A stretch of DNA of 64,000 nt from Squalus acanthias (taxonomy: Eukaryota): assembly GCA_030390025.1 (NCBI GenBank), contig CM059432.1, positions 43,960,001 to 44,024,000 of the forward strand, given 5' to 3'. The notes under the pieces are model-generated. The model searched no databases and was not told where the DNA came from. It worked only from the letters and a program-made list of their open reading frames with translations. The translations under genes were made by a program, and so were the position numbers. Shown one piece after another: positions 47,526-61,004 of the stretch (its first letter is position 1; the number at the start of each line of letters is the position of its first letter).

Positions 47526-50500
47526 GGTAGCATAGTAGTAATGTCACTGGGCTAGTAATCCAGAGGCCTGGAAACATAGAAGATAGGAGCAGGAGTAGGC
47601 CATTCGGCCCCTCGAGCCGGCTCCGCCATTCGATGAGATCATGGCTGATCATCCAAACTCAGTACCCTGTACCTGCCTTCTCCCCATATCCTTTGATACC
47701 TTTAGCTTTAAGAATTATATCTAACTCATTCTTAAATATATTTAATGACTTGGCCTCAACTACCTTCTGTGGTAGAGAATTCCACAGGTTCACCACTCTC
47801 TGGGTGAAGAAATTCTTCCTCATTTCTGTCCTAAATGGCTTACCCCTTATCCTTAGATTATGACCCCTGGTTCTGGACTCTCCGACCATCGGGAACATTC
47901 TTCCTGCATCTAGTTTGTCCAGACCTGTCAGAATTTTATATGCTTCGATGAGATCCCCTCTCATTCTTCTATACTCCAGCGAGTATAAGCCCAATCGACC
48001 CAATCTCTCCTCATATGTCATTCCTGCCATCCCAGGTATCAGCCTTGTGAATCTTCGCTGAACTCCCTCCATGGCAAGAACATCCTTCCGCAGATAAGGC
48101 GACCAAAACTGCACACAATACTCAAGGTGTGGTCTCACCAAGGCCCTGTACAACTGCAGCAGGACATCCCTGTTCCTATACTCAAACCCTTTCGCTAGGA
48201 AGGCCAACATACCATTTGCCTTCTTCACCGCCTGCTGCACCTGCATGCTTACCTTCAGCGACTGGTGCACAAGGACACCCAGGTCTCGTTGCACTTCCCC
48301 TTCTCCCAATCTATTGCCATTCAGATAATAGTCTGCCTTTCTGTTTTTGACACCAAAGTGGATAACCTCGCATTTATCCACGTTATATTACATCTGCCAC
48401 GCTTCTGCCCACTCACCCAACCTGTCCAAATCATCCTGGAGTTTCTCGGTATCCTCCTCGCAGCACACACTCCCACCCAGCTTTGTGTCATCTGCAAACT
48501 TGGAGATATTACATTTAGTTCCCTTATCTAGATCATTAATGTATATTGTGAATAGCTGGGGTCCAAGGACCGATCCCTGCGGTACCCCACTAGTCACTGC
48601 TTGCCACTCGGAAAAAGACCCATTAATTCCTACTCTTTGCTTTCTGTCCGCCAACCAGTTCTCTATCCAAGTCAATACCTTGCCCCCAATCCCATGTGCC
48701 TTAACTTTACACGCTAATCTCTTATGCGGGACCTTATCGAAAGCCTTTTGAAGGTCCAAATACACCACATCTACTGGTTCTCCCTTATCTATTTTCCCAG
48801 TTACATCCTCAAAAAATTCCAGTAGATTAGTCAAGCACGATTTACCTTTTGTAAATCCATGTTGACTTTGTCCGATCCTGTCACTGTTTTTCAAGTGCTC
48901 AGCTATTACATCCTTTATAATGGACTCTAGCATTTTCCCCACTACCGATGTCAGGCTTACCGGTCTGTAATTCCCCGCTTTCTCTCTACCACCCTTTTTG
49001 AATAGTGGGGTAACATTAGCTACCCTCCAATCCATGGGTACAGTTCCAGATTCCATTGAATGTTGGAAGATGATCAGCAATGCATCTACTATTTCTAGGG
49101 CCACTTCCTTAAGTACCCTAGGATGTAAATTATCAGGCCCTGGGGATTTATCGGCCTTCAATCCCATCAATTTCCCTAACACCATTACCCTGCAAATACT
49201 GATTTCTTTCAGTTCCTCCCTTTCATCAGACCCTATGTTCTCCAACATCTCTGGGAGGTTATTTGTGTCCTCCTTTGTGAAGACAGAACCAAAATATGCA
49301 TTTAATTGGTCTGCCATTTCTTTGTTCCCCATTATAACTTCCCCCGCTTCTGACTGCAAGGGACCTACACTTGATTTCACTAATCTTTTTCTCTTCACAT
49401 ATCTATAAAAACTCTTACAGGACTAATGATCCAGAGAAGTGAGTTCAAATCCCACCACGGCAGCTGGGGAATTTAAATTCAGTTAATTAAATAAATCTGG
49501 AATAATTACCAGTATCAGTAATAGTAACCATGAAACTATCGAATTGTCATAAAAACCCATCTGGTTCACTAATGTCCTTTAGGGAAGGAAATCTGCCGTG
49601 ACTCCAGAACCACAGCAATATGGTTGACTCTTAACTGCCCTCTGAAATGGCCTAGCAAGCCACTCAGTTGTAACAAACCGCTACGAGAAACAATAAAAAG
49701 AATGAAACCGGATGGACCACCCGGAATCGACCTCGGCACCGGCTACGGACACGGCAATGGCACACCCAGCCCAGTCGACCCTGCAAAGCCCTCCTCATCA
49801 ACATCTGGGGCCTTGTACCAAAATTGGGAGAGCTGCCCACAGACTAGTCAAGCAACAGCCTGACATAGTCATACTCACAGAATCATACCTTTCAGCCAAT
49901 GTCCCAAACACCTCCATCACCATCCCAGGGTATGTTCTGTCCCACCAGCAGGACAGACCCACCAGGGGTGGCGGCACAGTGGTATACAGTCGGGAAGGAG
50001 TGGCCCTGGGAGCCCTCAACATTGACTCCGGACTCCATGAAGTCTCATGGCTTCAGGTCAAGCATGGGCAAGGAAATCTCCTGCTTATTACCACCTACCG
50101 CCCTCCCTCAGTTGATGAATAAGTGCTCCGCCATGTTGAACACCACTTGGAAGAAGCACTGAGAGTAGCAAGGGCACAGAATGTAACTCTGGGTGGGAGA
50201 CTTCAATGTCCATCACCAAGAGTGACTCGGTACCACCACTACTGACCGAGCTGGCCGATTCCTGAAGGACATAACTGCCAGTCTGGGCCTGTGACAGGTG
50301 GTGAGAGAACCAACATGAGAGAAAACCTACTTGACCTCGTCCTCACCAATCTACCTGTCGCAGATGCATCTGTCCATGATCGTATTGGTAGCAGTGACCA
50401 CCGCACAGTCATTGTGGAGATGAAGTCCCGTCTTCACACTGAGGACACCCTCCATCGTGTTGTGTGGCACTACCACTGTGCTAAATGGGATAGATTCAGA

Positions 50501-52650
50501 ACAGATCTAGTAGCTCAAAACTGGGCATCCATGAAGCGCTGTGGGCCATCATCAGCAGCAGAACTGTATTCCACCACAATCTGTAACCTCATGGCCCGGC
50601 ATATCCCTCACTCTACCATTACGATGAAGCCAGGGGACCAACCCTGGTTCAATAAGGAGTGTAGAAGAGCATGCCAGGAGCAGCACCAGGCGTACCTAAA
50701 AATGAGGTGCCAACCTAGGGAAGCTGCAACACAGGACTAAAAGCATGCTAAAAAGCAGAAGCAGCATGCTATAGACAGGGCTAAGCGATCCCACAATCAA
50801 CGGATCAGATCAAAGCTCTGCAGTCCTGCCACATCCAGTCGTGAATGGTGGTGGACCATCAAACAACTAACGGGAGGGGGAGGCTGCATGAATATCCCCA
50901 TCCTCAATGATGGTGGAGCTCAGCACGTGAGTGCAAAAGACAAGGCTGAAGCATTTGCAACCAACTTCAGCCAGAAGTGCTGAGTGGAAGATCCATGTTG
51001 GCCTGAGGTCCCTACCATCACAGAAGCCAGTCTTCAGCCAATTCAATTCACTCCACGTGATATCAAGAAACGGCTGAGCGCACTGGATACAGCAAAGGCT
51101 ATGGGCCCCGACAACATCCCGGCTGTCGTGCTGAAGACTTGTGCTCTAGAACTAGCCACACCTCTAGCCAAGCTGTTCCAGTACAGCTACAACACTGGCA
51201 TCTATCCGATAATGTGGAAAACTGCCCAGGTATGTCCTGTCCACAAAAAGCAGGACAAATCCAACCCGGCCAATTACCGCTCCATCAGTCTACTCTCAAT
51301 CATCAGCACAGTGATGGAAGGTGTCATGGACAGTGCTATCAAGCGGCACTTACTCACAAATAACCTGCTCACTGATGCCCAGTTTGGGTTCCGCCAAGAC
51401 CACTCGGCTCCAGACCTCATTACAGCCTTGGTCCAAACATGGATAAAGGAGCTGAATTCCAGAGGTGAGGTGAGAGTGACTGCCCTTGACATCAAGGCAG
51501 CATTTGACCGAGTGTGGCAACAAGGAGCCCTAGTAAAACTGAAGTCAATGGGAATCGGGGGGAAAACGCTCCACTGGCTGGAGTCATACTTAGCACAAAG
51601 GAAGATGGTTGTGGTGGTTGAAGGTCAATCATCACAGACCCAGGACATCGCTGCAGGAGTTCCTCAGGGCAGTGTCCTAGGCCCAACCATCTTCAGCTGT
51701 TTCACCAATGACCTTCCCTCCAACATAAGGTCAGAAATGGGGATGGTCGCTAATGACTGCACAGCATTCAGCGCCATTCACAAATCCTCAGATAATGAAG
51801 CAGTCCATGCCCGCATGCAACAAGACCTGGACGATGTTCAGGCTTGGGCTGATAGGTGGCAGGTAACATTCGTGCCTCAGAAGTGTCAGGCAATGACTAT
51901 CTCCAACAAGCGAGAGTCTAACCACCTCCCCTTGACATTCAACGGTATTACCATCGCCGAATCCCCCACCATCAACATCCTGGGGGTCACCATTGACCAG
52001 AAACTTCACTGGACCAGCCACATAAATACTGTGGCAACAAGAGCAGGTCAGAGGCTAGGTATTCTGCGGCGAGTGTCTCACCTCCTGATTCCCCAAAGCC
52101 TTTCCACCATCTACAAGGCACAAGTAAGGAGTGTGATGGAATACTCTCCACTTGCCTGGATGAGTGCAGCTCCAACAACACTCAAGAAGCTCGACACCAT
52201 CCAGGACAAAGCAGCCCGCTAGATTGGCACCCCATCCACCACCTGAAACATTCACTCCCTCCACCACCAGCGTACCATGACTGCAAAGTGTACTATCTAC
52301 AAGATGCACTGCAGCAACTCGCTGATGCTTCTTCGGCAGCACCTCCCAAACCCGTGACCTCTTCCACCTAGAAGGACAAGGGCAGCAGGCGCATGGGAAC
52401 ACCACCACCTCCAAGTTCCCCTCCAAGTCACACACCATCCTGACTTAGAAGTATATCGCCGATCCTTTATCGTCGCTGGGTCAAAATCCTGGAACTCCCT
52501 CCTAACAGCACTGTGGGAGTACCTTCACCACACGGACTGCAGTGGTTCAAGAAGGCAGCTCTCCACCACCTTCTCGAGGGCAATTAGGGATGGGCAATAA
52601 ATGTTGGCCTTGCCAGCGACGCCCACATCCCATCAACAAATTTTTAAAAA
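47526..52650 (+). mobile_element. Near full-length CR1-group LINE of a second family (APE plus RT, nonsense-disrupted) with a tRNA-like 5' head; itself interrupted by a CR1
   Basis: [47 protein letters not shown] motif degenerated to VAND; multiple stops. Confidence 0.88.
47573..49420 (-). mobile_element. 5'-truncated young CR1 LINE
   Basis: ORFs 48388-49398 and 47659-48381 are separated by a single stop; RT motifs intact (KFADD). Confidence 0.95.
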
Positions 52651-53444
52651 TGAGGATAGTGCAGTTGAGGTAGAAGATCAGCCATGATCTTACTGAATGG
52701 CGGAGCAGGCTCGAGGGGCCAAATGGCCTACTCCTGCTCCTATTTCTTATGTAACCATTAATAGGAAGAAGTCTGATCACTTTTACATCCTAGGCACAGA
52801 TATTGAGGTTGTACTGTTTATACCTATATATGTTAACAATTGCTTGCAATTGGTAGTGACATTTATGTTTTAGTGTATTGTTTATAATTGGTAATAATAT
52901 TTAAGTTAGGTAGGTTAATAAACCTATCTCTATCGAGTCCAGTGGCCGAACTCTTCTTTTAATCGATACCGAATAGGAGGCTATTCGACCACAGTTGGTC
53001 ATTAGATAACTGGCAAGCATGGGTTTGCGCCCTCATCGGGCACATAGCAGATAAAAGGAACTTAATGAGTGGCATGGTGAACAGTATCATTCCTAACCAT
53101 ACTGTATACCATTGAACAGTCAGAGGTGCAGCGTTCCAGTAACAGCCACTTTCATGTCTGCAGCCCAGAGCCCTGAATATATGAATGCATATTTTCATAT
53201 CCAACCTCCAAGTAACACCTTCCAGCAGCTGTTATCCATATCTGTTATACAGTGGACATCTGCCTTCAGTGGGAGAACCTACACAAGGCAGCATGCAAAG
53301 TATCAGCCAACTTGATATCCTAGATGTCCAATATATTAATTTTTTTCTGCTTGCATCCAGTGTCAACATTCAAGAGTCCCACATGAGGTAAGCACAGGCC
53401 TGGTATAATTCAGGGCACTGCCCAAGCACCAGTAATGTGCAAGT

Positions 53445-53760
53445 CTCAGCTTAGCTCAGTTGATAGCATTCACACCTCTGAATCAGAAGGTTATGGGTCA
53501 AGCAATCTAGGTTAACATGTCAGTGCAGGACTGAGGGAGTACTGAAATGACAGAGGTACTGTCTTTTCGATGAGACATTAAACTGGGGCACAGTGTGCCT
53601 CTTCAAATGGGTATAAAATATTCCATGGCACAACTACAAACAAAAAAAGTGATATCATTGGTCATTCATCCAATTGCTATTTGTGGGATTCTGCTGTGCA
53701 TAAATTGGCTGCCATGTTTGCCTGCATAACAGTGACTACACTTCAAAAGTAGTTCAATTG
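53445..53760 (+). mobile_element. Old Deu-core SINE
   Basis: Degenerate match to the SINE family. Confidence 0.7.
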
Positions 53761-53859
53761 AATATAAAAATCAATAACAAGTAAAGCAATGGAACCTGTT
53801 CTAAGGGTCAGGCTGGAGGGATATAGCAATATTTTAACAACCAACCAGTATTGTTTACA

Positions 53860-55030
53860 AGTAGAAAATCCTGGCTAACAAATCCCCTTGATTTCTTTGA
53901 GAATGTTGCAATAAAATAGATGGTGACACTTCCTATGATATAATTCATTTAGATTTCCAGAAAGCTTTTGATAAAATTCTAGTTAAAAAATTATAATTAA
54001 ACTAAAAGCCACAAGAATCTAGGGTAGAACAAGAGTTTTTTTTTAAAAAACAGTTTTTAAAACAGAATATTCAGGAGAGCTAGGAGCGTAGATTTTATGA
54101 ATTTGTGCTCCCAGCGCAGAGCTTGACGTGATGGGATAATCGGAAATTCATGTGTGGAGGTCAGTACCCCTGTATGATTTTCCATCCATTAAAGCTCTGA
54201 GCCAAGGTGCAAATTTATAAAATCTACCTTATAATGTTGAGCCCAGGGGAGATATTAAATGGAGTCGTGCAAAAGTCAGTACTTGGACAATCAGACAAAC
54301 ACAAAGCAAAATGAACTTTAACACTGATGAATATAAAACAATTACACATAGTTTGAAAAAATATGATAAATAAGTGTACAATGAATGGGACTGAATTAGC
54401 ACAAGGAACCTTGGAAAAAGAGAGCTGGGAGTAATAGCAGACACATTACACTAATTGCCAAGACAATGTGGCAAAGCAATTTAAAAAAATATTATGCTAT
54501 GATATATAGCTCGAACAGAGGTCTACAGAAGGTGTGCCAAAGCTTCACAATGCAGTGGTGAAACCGCACTTAAAGTACAGAGTTTAGTTTTGGTCACCGC
54601 ACCACACCACAAAAATATATATACTTAAAAAAAACTAACGGTTAAAGAAATGTGGAACAAAACTGAGCCCAAGTATAAAAGGGATCAGCTAGGAAGTAAG
54701 ACGAGAGAACCTTGAGCTTTGCAGTCTAGAATGAATGTGGATAAGGGGGGCCTCACTAACATATATAAAATATTGAAGAATATAGATAAGGTAAAGCACA
54801 ATTATGACGTCAAAATATCCTAAGAAAGTAACACCAGAGGATATAAATGAAAAGTAAATTTAGATCAGATATCAGGTAAAACAAGGACTGATAAATGTTA
54901 GGAATAATCTAACTAGCAAGGTAATAATAGACAAAAATGTTGGAGTTATTCAAAATACAATTATTTGCCATGATGGGAGTATTAATATATGAGAGAAATA
55001 AGCATCTTTGGGCTTAATGGCCTTTTCCCA
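53860..55030 (+). mobile_element. Highly degraded CR1 fragment(s)
   Basis: DFQKAFDK remnant (gatttccagaaagcttttgataaa) and degenerate VKPHLKY..FWSP. Confidence 0.6.
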
Positions 55031-55537
55031 TCCCTGCTTTTTCTTAAATTCTATCATGAAATAGGCATTTCTTGTTTTTTTTTAAATGGGACACCATACA
55101 GATATGTTGATCACCCTCAATTACGTAGTAATTTAAGAATATCCCTATTTACTATGACACCAAAATGTTGAATCCACTATCCGTTCCACTAAAAACTCCT
55201 GAGTATTGCTTTTTTGGCTCAGTGACATTGCTGTTATATAAGTAGGTTGTTCCCTCCTGCAAACAATTAAGCTATAATACCAGGGTTGATCATAAAGGTC
55301 ATCTTAGCCCTCTAACCGAGACAACAACAAATTCCAACTATCTGTGGAACAGCTTTCTTTACCAATCCATCGCAGTCTGGAATAAATTGCTAACAGCAGT
55401 TTTCACAAGTGAGCCAAATATTTTGTTAGTAAGCAATTTCACTCTGATTTTTAGCTATGGGACAGCTTATTTGGTTATGTGCAGATTCTTAACATGCCTA
55501 TCATTTTGGGCTGACAGCACACATCAAATTATATATA

Positions 55538-55965
55538 TTAGTTGGTAGCACTCTCACCTGAGTCAGAAGATTGAAGATTCAAGCCCCACTGCAGACTTGA
55601 GCATATAGCTTAGACGGACAGTACTGAGGGAGTGCTGCATTGTCGAGAGGTGCCAGTTTTCAAATGAGATGTTAATTCAAGGTCCTGTCTGCCTGCTCAG
55701 CTAAATGCAATGATATTCAATGACATTGTTTGAAGAAGAGTTGAGAGTTCTCCCATGCGCTGGCCAACATCCCTCCCTCAAAAAACACCACTAAAAACCA
55801 GGTTATCTGGACAGTCATCTCATTACATATTTTTGGACTTCCTGTGCACAAAAATGTTTGCCATGTTTACCTACATATCAAGTACCCAGACTTCAAAAGT
55901 AATCCATTGATTGTAGAGCACTTTGGGACTTCCAGGGATTGAGATAAGACATTTTATAAATGCAA
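55538..55965 (+). mobile_element. Deu-core SINE
   Basis: Homologous to 44331-44790. Confidence 0.8.
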
Positions 55966-56254
55966 ATAACAGAAAATGCTGGCAACACGCAGCAGGCCAG
56001 GCAGCATCCGTGGAGAGAGAAACAGAGTTAACGTTTCAGGTCTGGGACCCTTCGTCAGAACTGGAAAAAGTTAGAGATGTAACAGGTTTTAAGCCTGTTA
56101 CATCTCTAGCTTTTTCCAGTTCTGACGAAGGGTCACAGACCTGAAACGTTAACTCTGTTTCTCTCTCCACGGGTGCTGCCTGGCCTGCTGAGTGTTTCCA
56201 GCATTTTCTGTTATTTCAGATTTCTAGCATCCACAGTATTTTGCTATTGTATTG
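55966..56254. mobile_element. Palindromic Penelope-type non-autonomous retroposon with a hammerhead motif on each strand
   Basis: About 120-bp inverted arms and an 11-bp TSD TATAAATGCAA (55955-55965, 56255-56265). Confidence 0.8.
56118..56154 (+). ncRNA. Minimal hammerhead ribozyme motif (mirror copy on the minus strand at 56026-56062)
   Basis: agtt-CTGACGA-agggtc aca gacct-GAAA-cgtt-aact: full core, stem II, palindromic ACGT stem III and AGTT/AACT stem I. Confidence 0.7.
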
Positions 56255-56495
56255 TATAAATGCAAGTTATTTCTCTCTATCTGTATATAATGGGGTAGAA
56301 TTTCCATCAGAGTTGTCCCAGTTGTCTGATGTAACTTCAGTGGAAGATCCACGAAAACCGGCGTTCACGTCATTTCTCTGGGGTTTCCACAGATCTTCCA
56401 CTGAGGTTACGGCTGATGATCATGAGAATCTCTGTTGAAATGGCATTTATATACAAAATCAATACACTGGAAAATGCTCTATCATAAGAACTTAC

Positions 56496-56691
56496 TTCTG
56501 GAAGCTCCAGGATTTGGTTTCTTGGCACAGAAAGCTTCTTGAGATTAGACAAATATCCAATCTCATGTGGAAGTGATTTGAGTTTATTGTTTGCTAAATG
56601 TAGCTCACAAAGCCGTTGCAATAGACAAAGTTTGCTTGGAATGCTCTCCAGTTGGTTATTGTTCACATTAAGATACTTGAGCTCCTCCAGC
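56496..56691 (-). CDS. LRRC69: Internal LRR exon: (R)LEELKYLNVNNNQLESIPSK...RNQILELPE
   Basis: 196 nt, ttttgcag/gtaag splice sites, three LRRs; phase 2/0 joins the 73-nt exon upstream. Confidence 0.9.
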
Positions 56692-57379
56692 CTGCAAAAC
56701 AAAAATGTGGAATTCATTATTTACAGCGGTACAGTGGTGCCCTCTACAGATCAGACCTTATTTACCTGAGAAAAATTGATCTTAAACTGGATCTAATTTA
56801 ACAGATCTCCCTACGATTTTTCTTTTTGTAAATAGAGGGAAATAACTTTTCTAACAAACTTATTGACATGATGCTGACCTTTTAAGTGTGCTCCACTGCA
56901 TTTTCATACAATAACAGACTCAAAGGGTATCCACTACAGGGGACTATAAAGACTGATATGCCTTACATCTAATCTAATAGTAACCAATTTACAATACAAA
57001 GGAGGCATTTTTTTTTTAAATTAAGAAATAATCAACCTTTTAACTGATGTATCAAGGAACTCACAACAATGCCGAGCTAACCAATGTCAGTGGCAGGCAA
57101 TGTATTGCACACATAGGATATCACTTACGCATGAACTATGTGATCTGTTTATGACCCTTGGGACCAGTTAGATGGACTGAAATAGTCCTGTACATTTCTA
57201 TGTTCCTATGAGCTGCTTGACAATGTTGGTGCATTAATCCAAAAAGTTTCAGACTTTCTGAAAGTTAATGAGTTAATGTCAAGAGCTCCTAATTATTATG
57301 GACTACTTAATAGAGATTCAAGAATTGGTTAAACATACACTGTTTAGACGTCCCTATTATTTAGTGTGCATATACACAA

Positions 57380-57755
57380 CATGGTATGGTACTGAGCCAT
57401 GTAAGCCAGAAAGTCTCAGGTTTAGTTTCCAGTAGGTGCTGAGTTAGCTAATCCAGGGCAGCAATTGGTGTGTCATTACTGATCTCAGTGCCCGGGACTG
57501 GAGACGGGAAAAGCACAATCCACTCAGGGCTCCCACTCCTGATTACTACCCAATGTCAACTGCTGGAAAGTGGCCATGTGAGGACATCAGGTGTGGAAAG
57601 GAATAGGCTTACCTGTGATGCTACTGCCAATGTTGAACAATTGCCAACACTCACTATCTGGGAACACACATGAAGAATAGGCGAGGTACTGGAAGGCGGG
57701 CAATACCTGCAGAACTGTAACCCAGCCACAGTCTTCACCTTCAGGATAGATGGGG
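57380..57755 (+). mobile_element. Old SINE-like repeat (same family as 2505-3075)
   Basis: Shared gctgagttagct and caacactcacta segments. Confidence 0.5.
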
Positions 57756-57844
57756 AGGCAATTGTGGTGATAAACAGTTTTTACTTAATGTGGCAGCTTA
57801 AGAGCTACTACTGTAACAATATAATAGAATGGCAATTCTTCTAC

Positions 57845-57917
57845 CTGTATATTTCTTCAGGCAAAGTTGTTAGCTTGTTGTTACTCAGGTTCAAGAAAAC
57901 TAGGTTTTCTAACCACT
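57845..57917 (-). CDS. LRRC69: Internal LRR exon: WLENLVFLNLSNNKLTTLPEEIY(R)
   Basis: 73 nt, ttttcag/gtag splice sites, one LRR, frame-compatible with the next exon. Upstream exons were not found in the window. Confidence 0.87.
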
Positions 57918-58354
57918 CTGAAAAGACAGAAAAAAATGTGCACTTCTGTAAATGAAAGGAGCCTTAAAAAGTAAATAACAATTGTACAGATTAGCATCTT
58001 AGAAACACACATAAGTTCAATCTTCCCTACTCCGGTAATCTCTCTATCTTCACCATGTAACTGCTCCCTATTTGCCGCAGACTTCTATTTTAACTTCATT
58101 GCACAGCGAATCAAGCTTTCATTCCATCACTGCTGCAGCACAGCTATCCTGGCATTCTTACTGAAAGCAATCTGCTCCCTTCACTTACACTTGGGATGGG
58201 CTCACCACATAACACTCTCAATCCTCATCAACATGAGGCAAGGTTGAGTGGAAACAGCAGACAACCACAGTGGAATAAAAGACAAAAGCCAAGAAGTAGG
58301 TGAAAGGAAGGGGAAACGTTTGAGGCTGGTGAGAGAAGCTTTCTCTCGGTTTAA

Positions 58355-59835
58355 CATCAGTGGTGGGTAAAGTTTTAGAAACAATAATCAAGGAAAAAAT
58401 TAACAGGCACTTGGAAAGGTTTAAGCTAATTAAGGAGAACCAACATGGATTTGTAAAAGACAGATCATGTTTGACTAATCTAATTGAATTTTTTGATGAA
58501 GTAACAGGGAGGATTGATGAAGGGAATACAATGGATGTTGTCTACATGGATTTTCGGAAGGCGTTTGACAAAGTACCACATAGAAGACTGGTTAACAAAA
58601 TTGAGGCTCATGGAATAGGTGGGTCAGTGGCAGCTTGGATAAGGAATTGGCTTAAGGACAGAAAACAGTGAGTTGTGGTAAATGGCTGTTTTTCAGACTG
58701 GAGGATGGTAGACAGTGGTGTTCCCCAAGGGTCAGTGCTGGGGCCACTGCTTTTAAATGACCTGGATATTGGAATAAAAAGTAGAATTTCTAAATTTGCC
58801 GATGACACCAAACTTGGGGGTGTGGCAAACAGTGAGGATGATACCAATCGACTGCAGCAGGACATAGAAAGGCTAGCAGAATGGGCAGATGGAATTTAAT
58901 ACAGAGAAGTGTGAGGTGATGCATTTTAGCAGAAGGAACAGGAAGAGGCAATATACACTTAATGGCACAGTTTTAAAGAGTGTGCAGAGACAGAGGGACC
59001 TGGGAGTTAATGTGCACAGGTCCCTGAAGGTGGCAGGACATATTGAGAGAGTGGTTAGCAAAGCATATGGGATCTTGGGTTTCATAAATAGAGGTATTGA
59101 GTACAAAAGTAGAGAAGTTATGCTGAACCTTTATAAAGCGCTGGTTAGGCCACAACTGGAGTATTGGAGTTCTGACGAAAGGTCATCGACCTGAAATGTT
59201 AACTCTGTTTCTCTCTTCACAGATGCTGCCTGACCTGCTGAGTTTCTGTTTTTATTTCAGATTTCCAGCATCTGCAGTATTTTCTTTTTGTACTGGAGTA
59301 TTGCGTCCAGTTCTGGTCACCACACTTTAGGAAGGATGTGAAGACCCTTGAGAGGGTGCAGAGGAGATTTACCAGAATGCTTCCGGGGATGGGGGAATCT
59401 TAGCTACAAGGACAGGTTGGAGAAGCTGGATTTGTTTTCATTAGAGCAAAGGAGGTTGAGGGGTGATTTGATAGAGGTGTACAAGATTATGACGGGTTTG
59501 GATAGGATCGACAGGGAAAGGCTGTTCCCACTAGTTGATGGTACAAGGACTAGGGGACACAGATTTAAGGTTTTGGGCAAGAGATACAGGGGGAATATGA
59601 GGGAAAACTTTTTTACGCAGTGAGTGGTGAGTACCTGGAACTCGCTGCCGACGGAAGTGGTGGAAGCGGACACACTCAATGTTTTCAAGGGGAGACTGGA
59701 TAGGCACTTGAGGGAAATAAACTTGCAGCGCTATGGGGATAGAGCGGGGGAATGGGACTGATTGGATTGCTCTACAGAGAGCTGGCATGGACTCGATGGG
59801 CCAAATGGCCTCCTTCTGTGCCGTTATGACTCTAA
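58355..59835 (+). mobile_element. 5'-truncated CR1 LINE, disrupted
   Basis: RT motifs across ORFs 58360-59623. Confidence 0.93.
59167..59291 (+). mobile_element. Short hammerhead-bearing Penelope-type insertion in CR1
   Basis: 12-bp TSD ACTGGAGTATTG (59155-59166, 59292-59303); CTGACGA...GAAA core. Confidence 0.85.
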
Positions 59836-61004
59836 GTGATGGAGCTACACATTGGATGACTAAGCAAGGAGTAGTTTTGAGACACATATTTGTAGGGTGC
59901 AGTAGGAATGTTTCAATCTGGCACATGATGGGCACTAGAAATGGGTGTGGCTGTCAACACCTTGGATGATAGAATACCAAAAACAGTCAGCTACTCTTTA
60001 GGATAAAAGATTGATTTTTGTTTTGTACATGACTCGTGATACTAATTTTAAGAATATTGGTTTGTGATAGATATTAATGGTAGATACTGTATCTTTTAAT
60101 TTTCCATTCTTTTCTATGCTTAATCTTTTAATTTGCTATCTGCATATTTATCTATGGGACAATAACAAATATCATGGTTAGATTTACAGTATCTTATACA
60201 AGTAATTACATTAATCGATTGGTAAGTAGGGTCGTTGTGTATGAAATGTTATTGATTTTGTATTGTTGTAAAGGTATACTTATGAATTGATACTGAAATG
60301 CTGAAAATGCATAAGCAGATGATCAGTGTCCATAAAAGACAAAGGCAGTTGGGTTGGTTGTGCATTTCTATTTTTCTTTCAGATTATAGCATTTGTATTT
60401 TTTTTATTTGTACTTTTACATTTGTCTTATTGCCCAAGACCAACAGTCAAGTTTATCAATAGGGTGAGAAACTGAACATCAAATGGAAAAGAAATGGTCA
60501 TGGCCAGCTGTGATAAACCAGCTGAACCACTGGACTCTATACATGGATCTTTCCTTATTTCTGCATGTAGAAATGCCTCCATCAGATCACACCTACAGGG
60601 GACTAGTGAGAAAAATGTCTGGAAGTCGCCAGTTCACATTTGGTCTCTAAAATGAAGTGAACAAGCATTGCAATATGATCCAACATTCACCTCACTTGCA
60701 CACAAGTTGAACGATATTCAGAATTAATTACAAGTTAGAACAGAAGAATCAGCTTACACAATTGCAAGCAACAGCGTAAAAGAAAAAGAAAGACTTGTAT
60801 TTATATAGTGCATTTATGTAATGTCGATGGGAAAATTTCTCAGAGGCTAGAAACAGTGTTGTCCAATTTATTGATGATATTACCTGTCTTTTGCCATTTT
60901 CCATTGGGTACCCAAATCAATAGTAATGACTTGTTGTTATATGGGTTGATTATAATAATTGGGCTAGGACCCTGTAATTAGTGCCTGACCAGGATTTTCT
61001 AGTT

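Larger units (their letters stand above)
46770..52752 (+). mobile_element. CR1 3' fragment (46770-47525 plus 52651-52752) split by a nested LINE
   Basis: ORF 46672-47487 carries the CR1 C-terminus; its 3' UTR resumes at 52651 (gatagtgcag...gaagatcagccatgatc). Confidence 0.85.

Noticed and set aside
56496..57917. LRR exons as an immune receptor (TLR/VLR/NLR)
   Set aside because: No signal peptide, TM, TIR or NACHT exons are visible; the short LRR run ends in the LRRC69-type Cys tail and stop.
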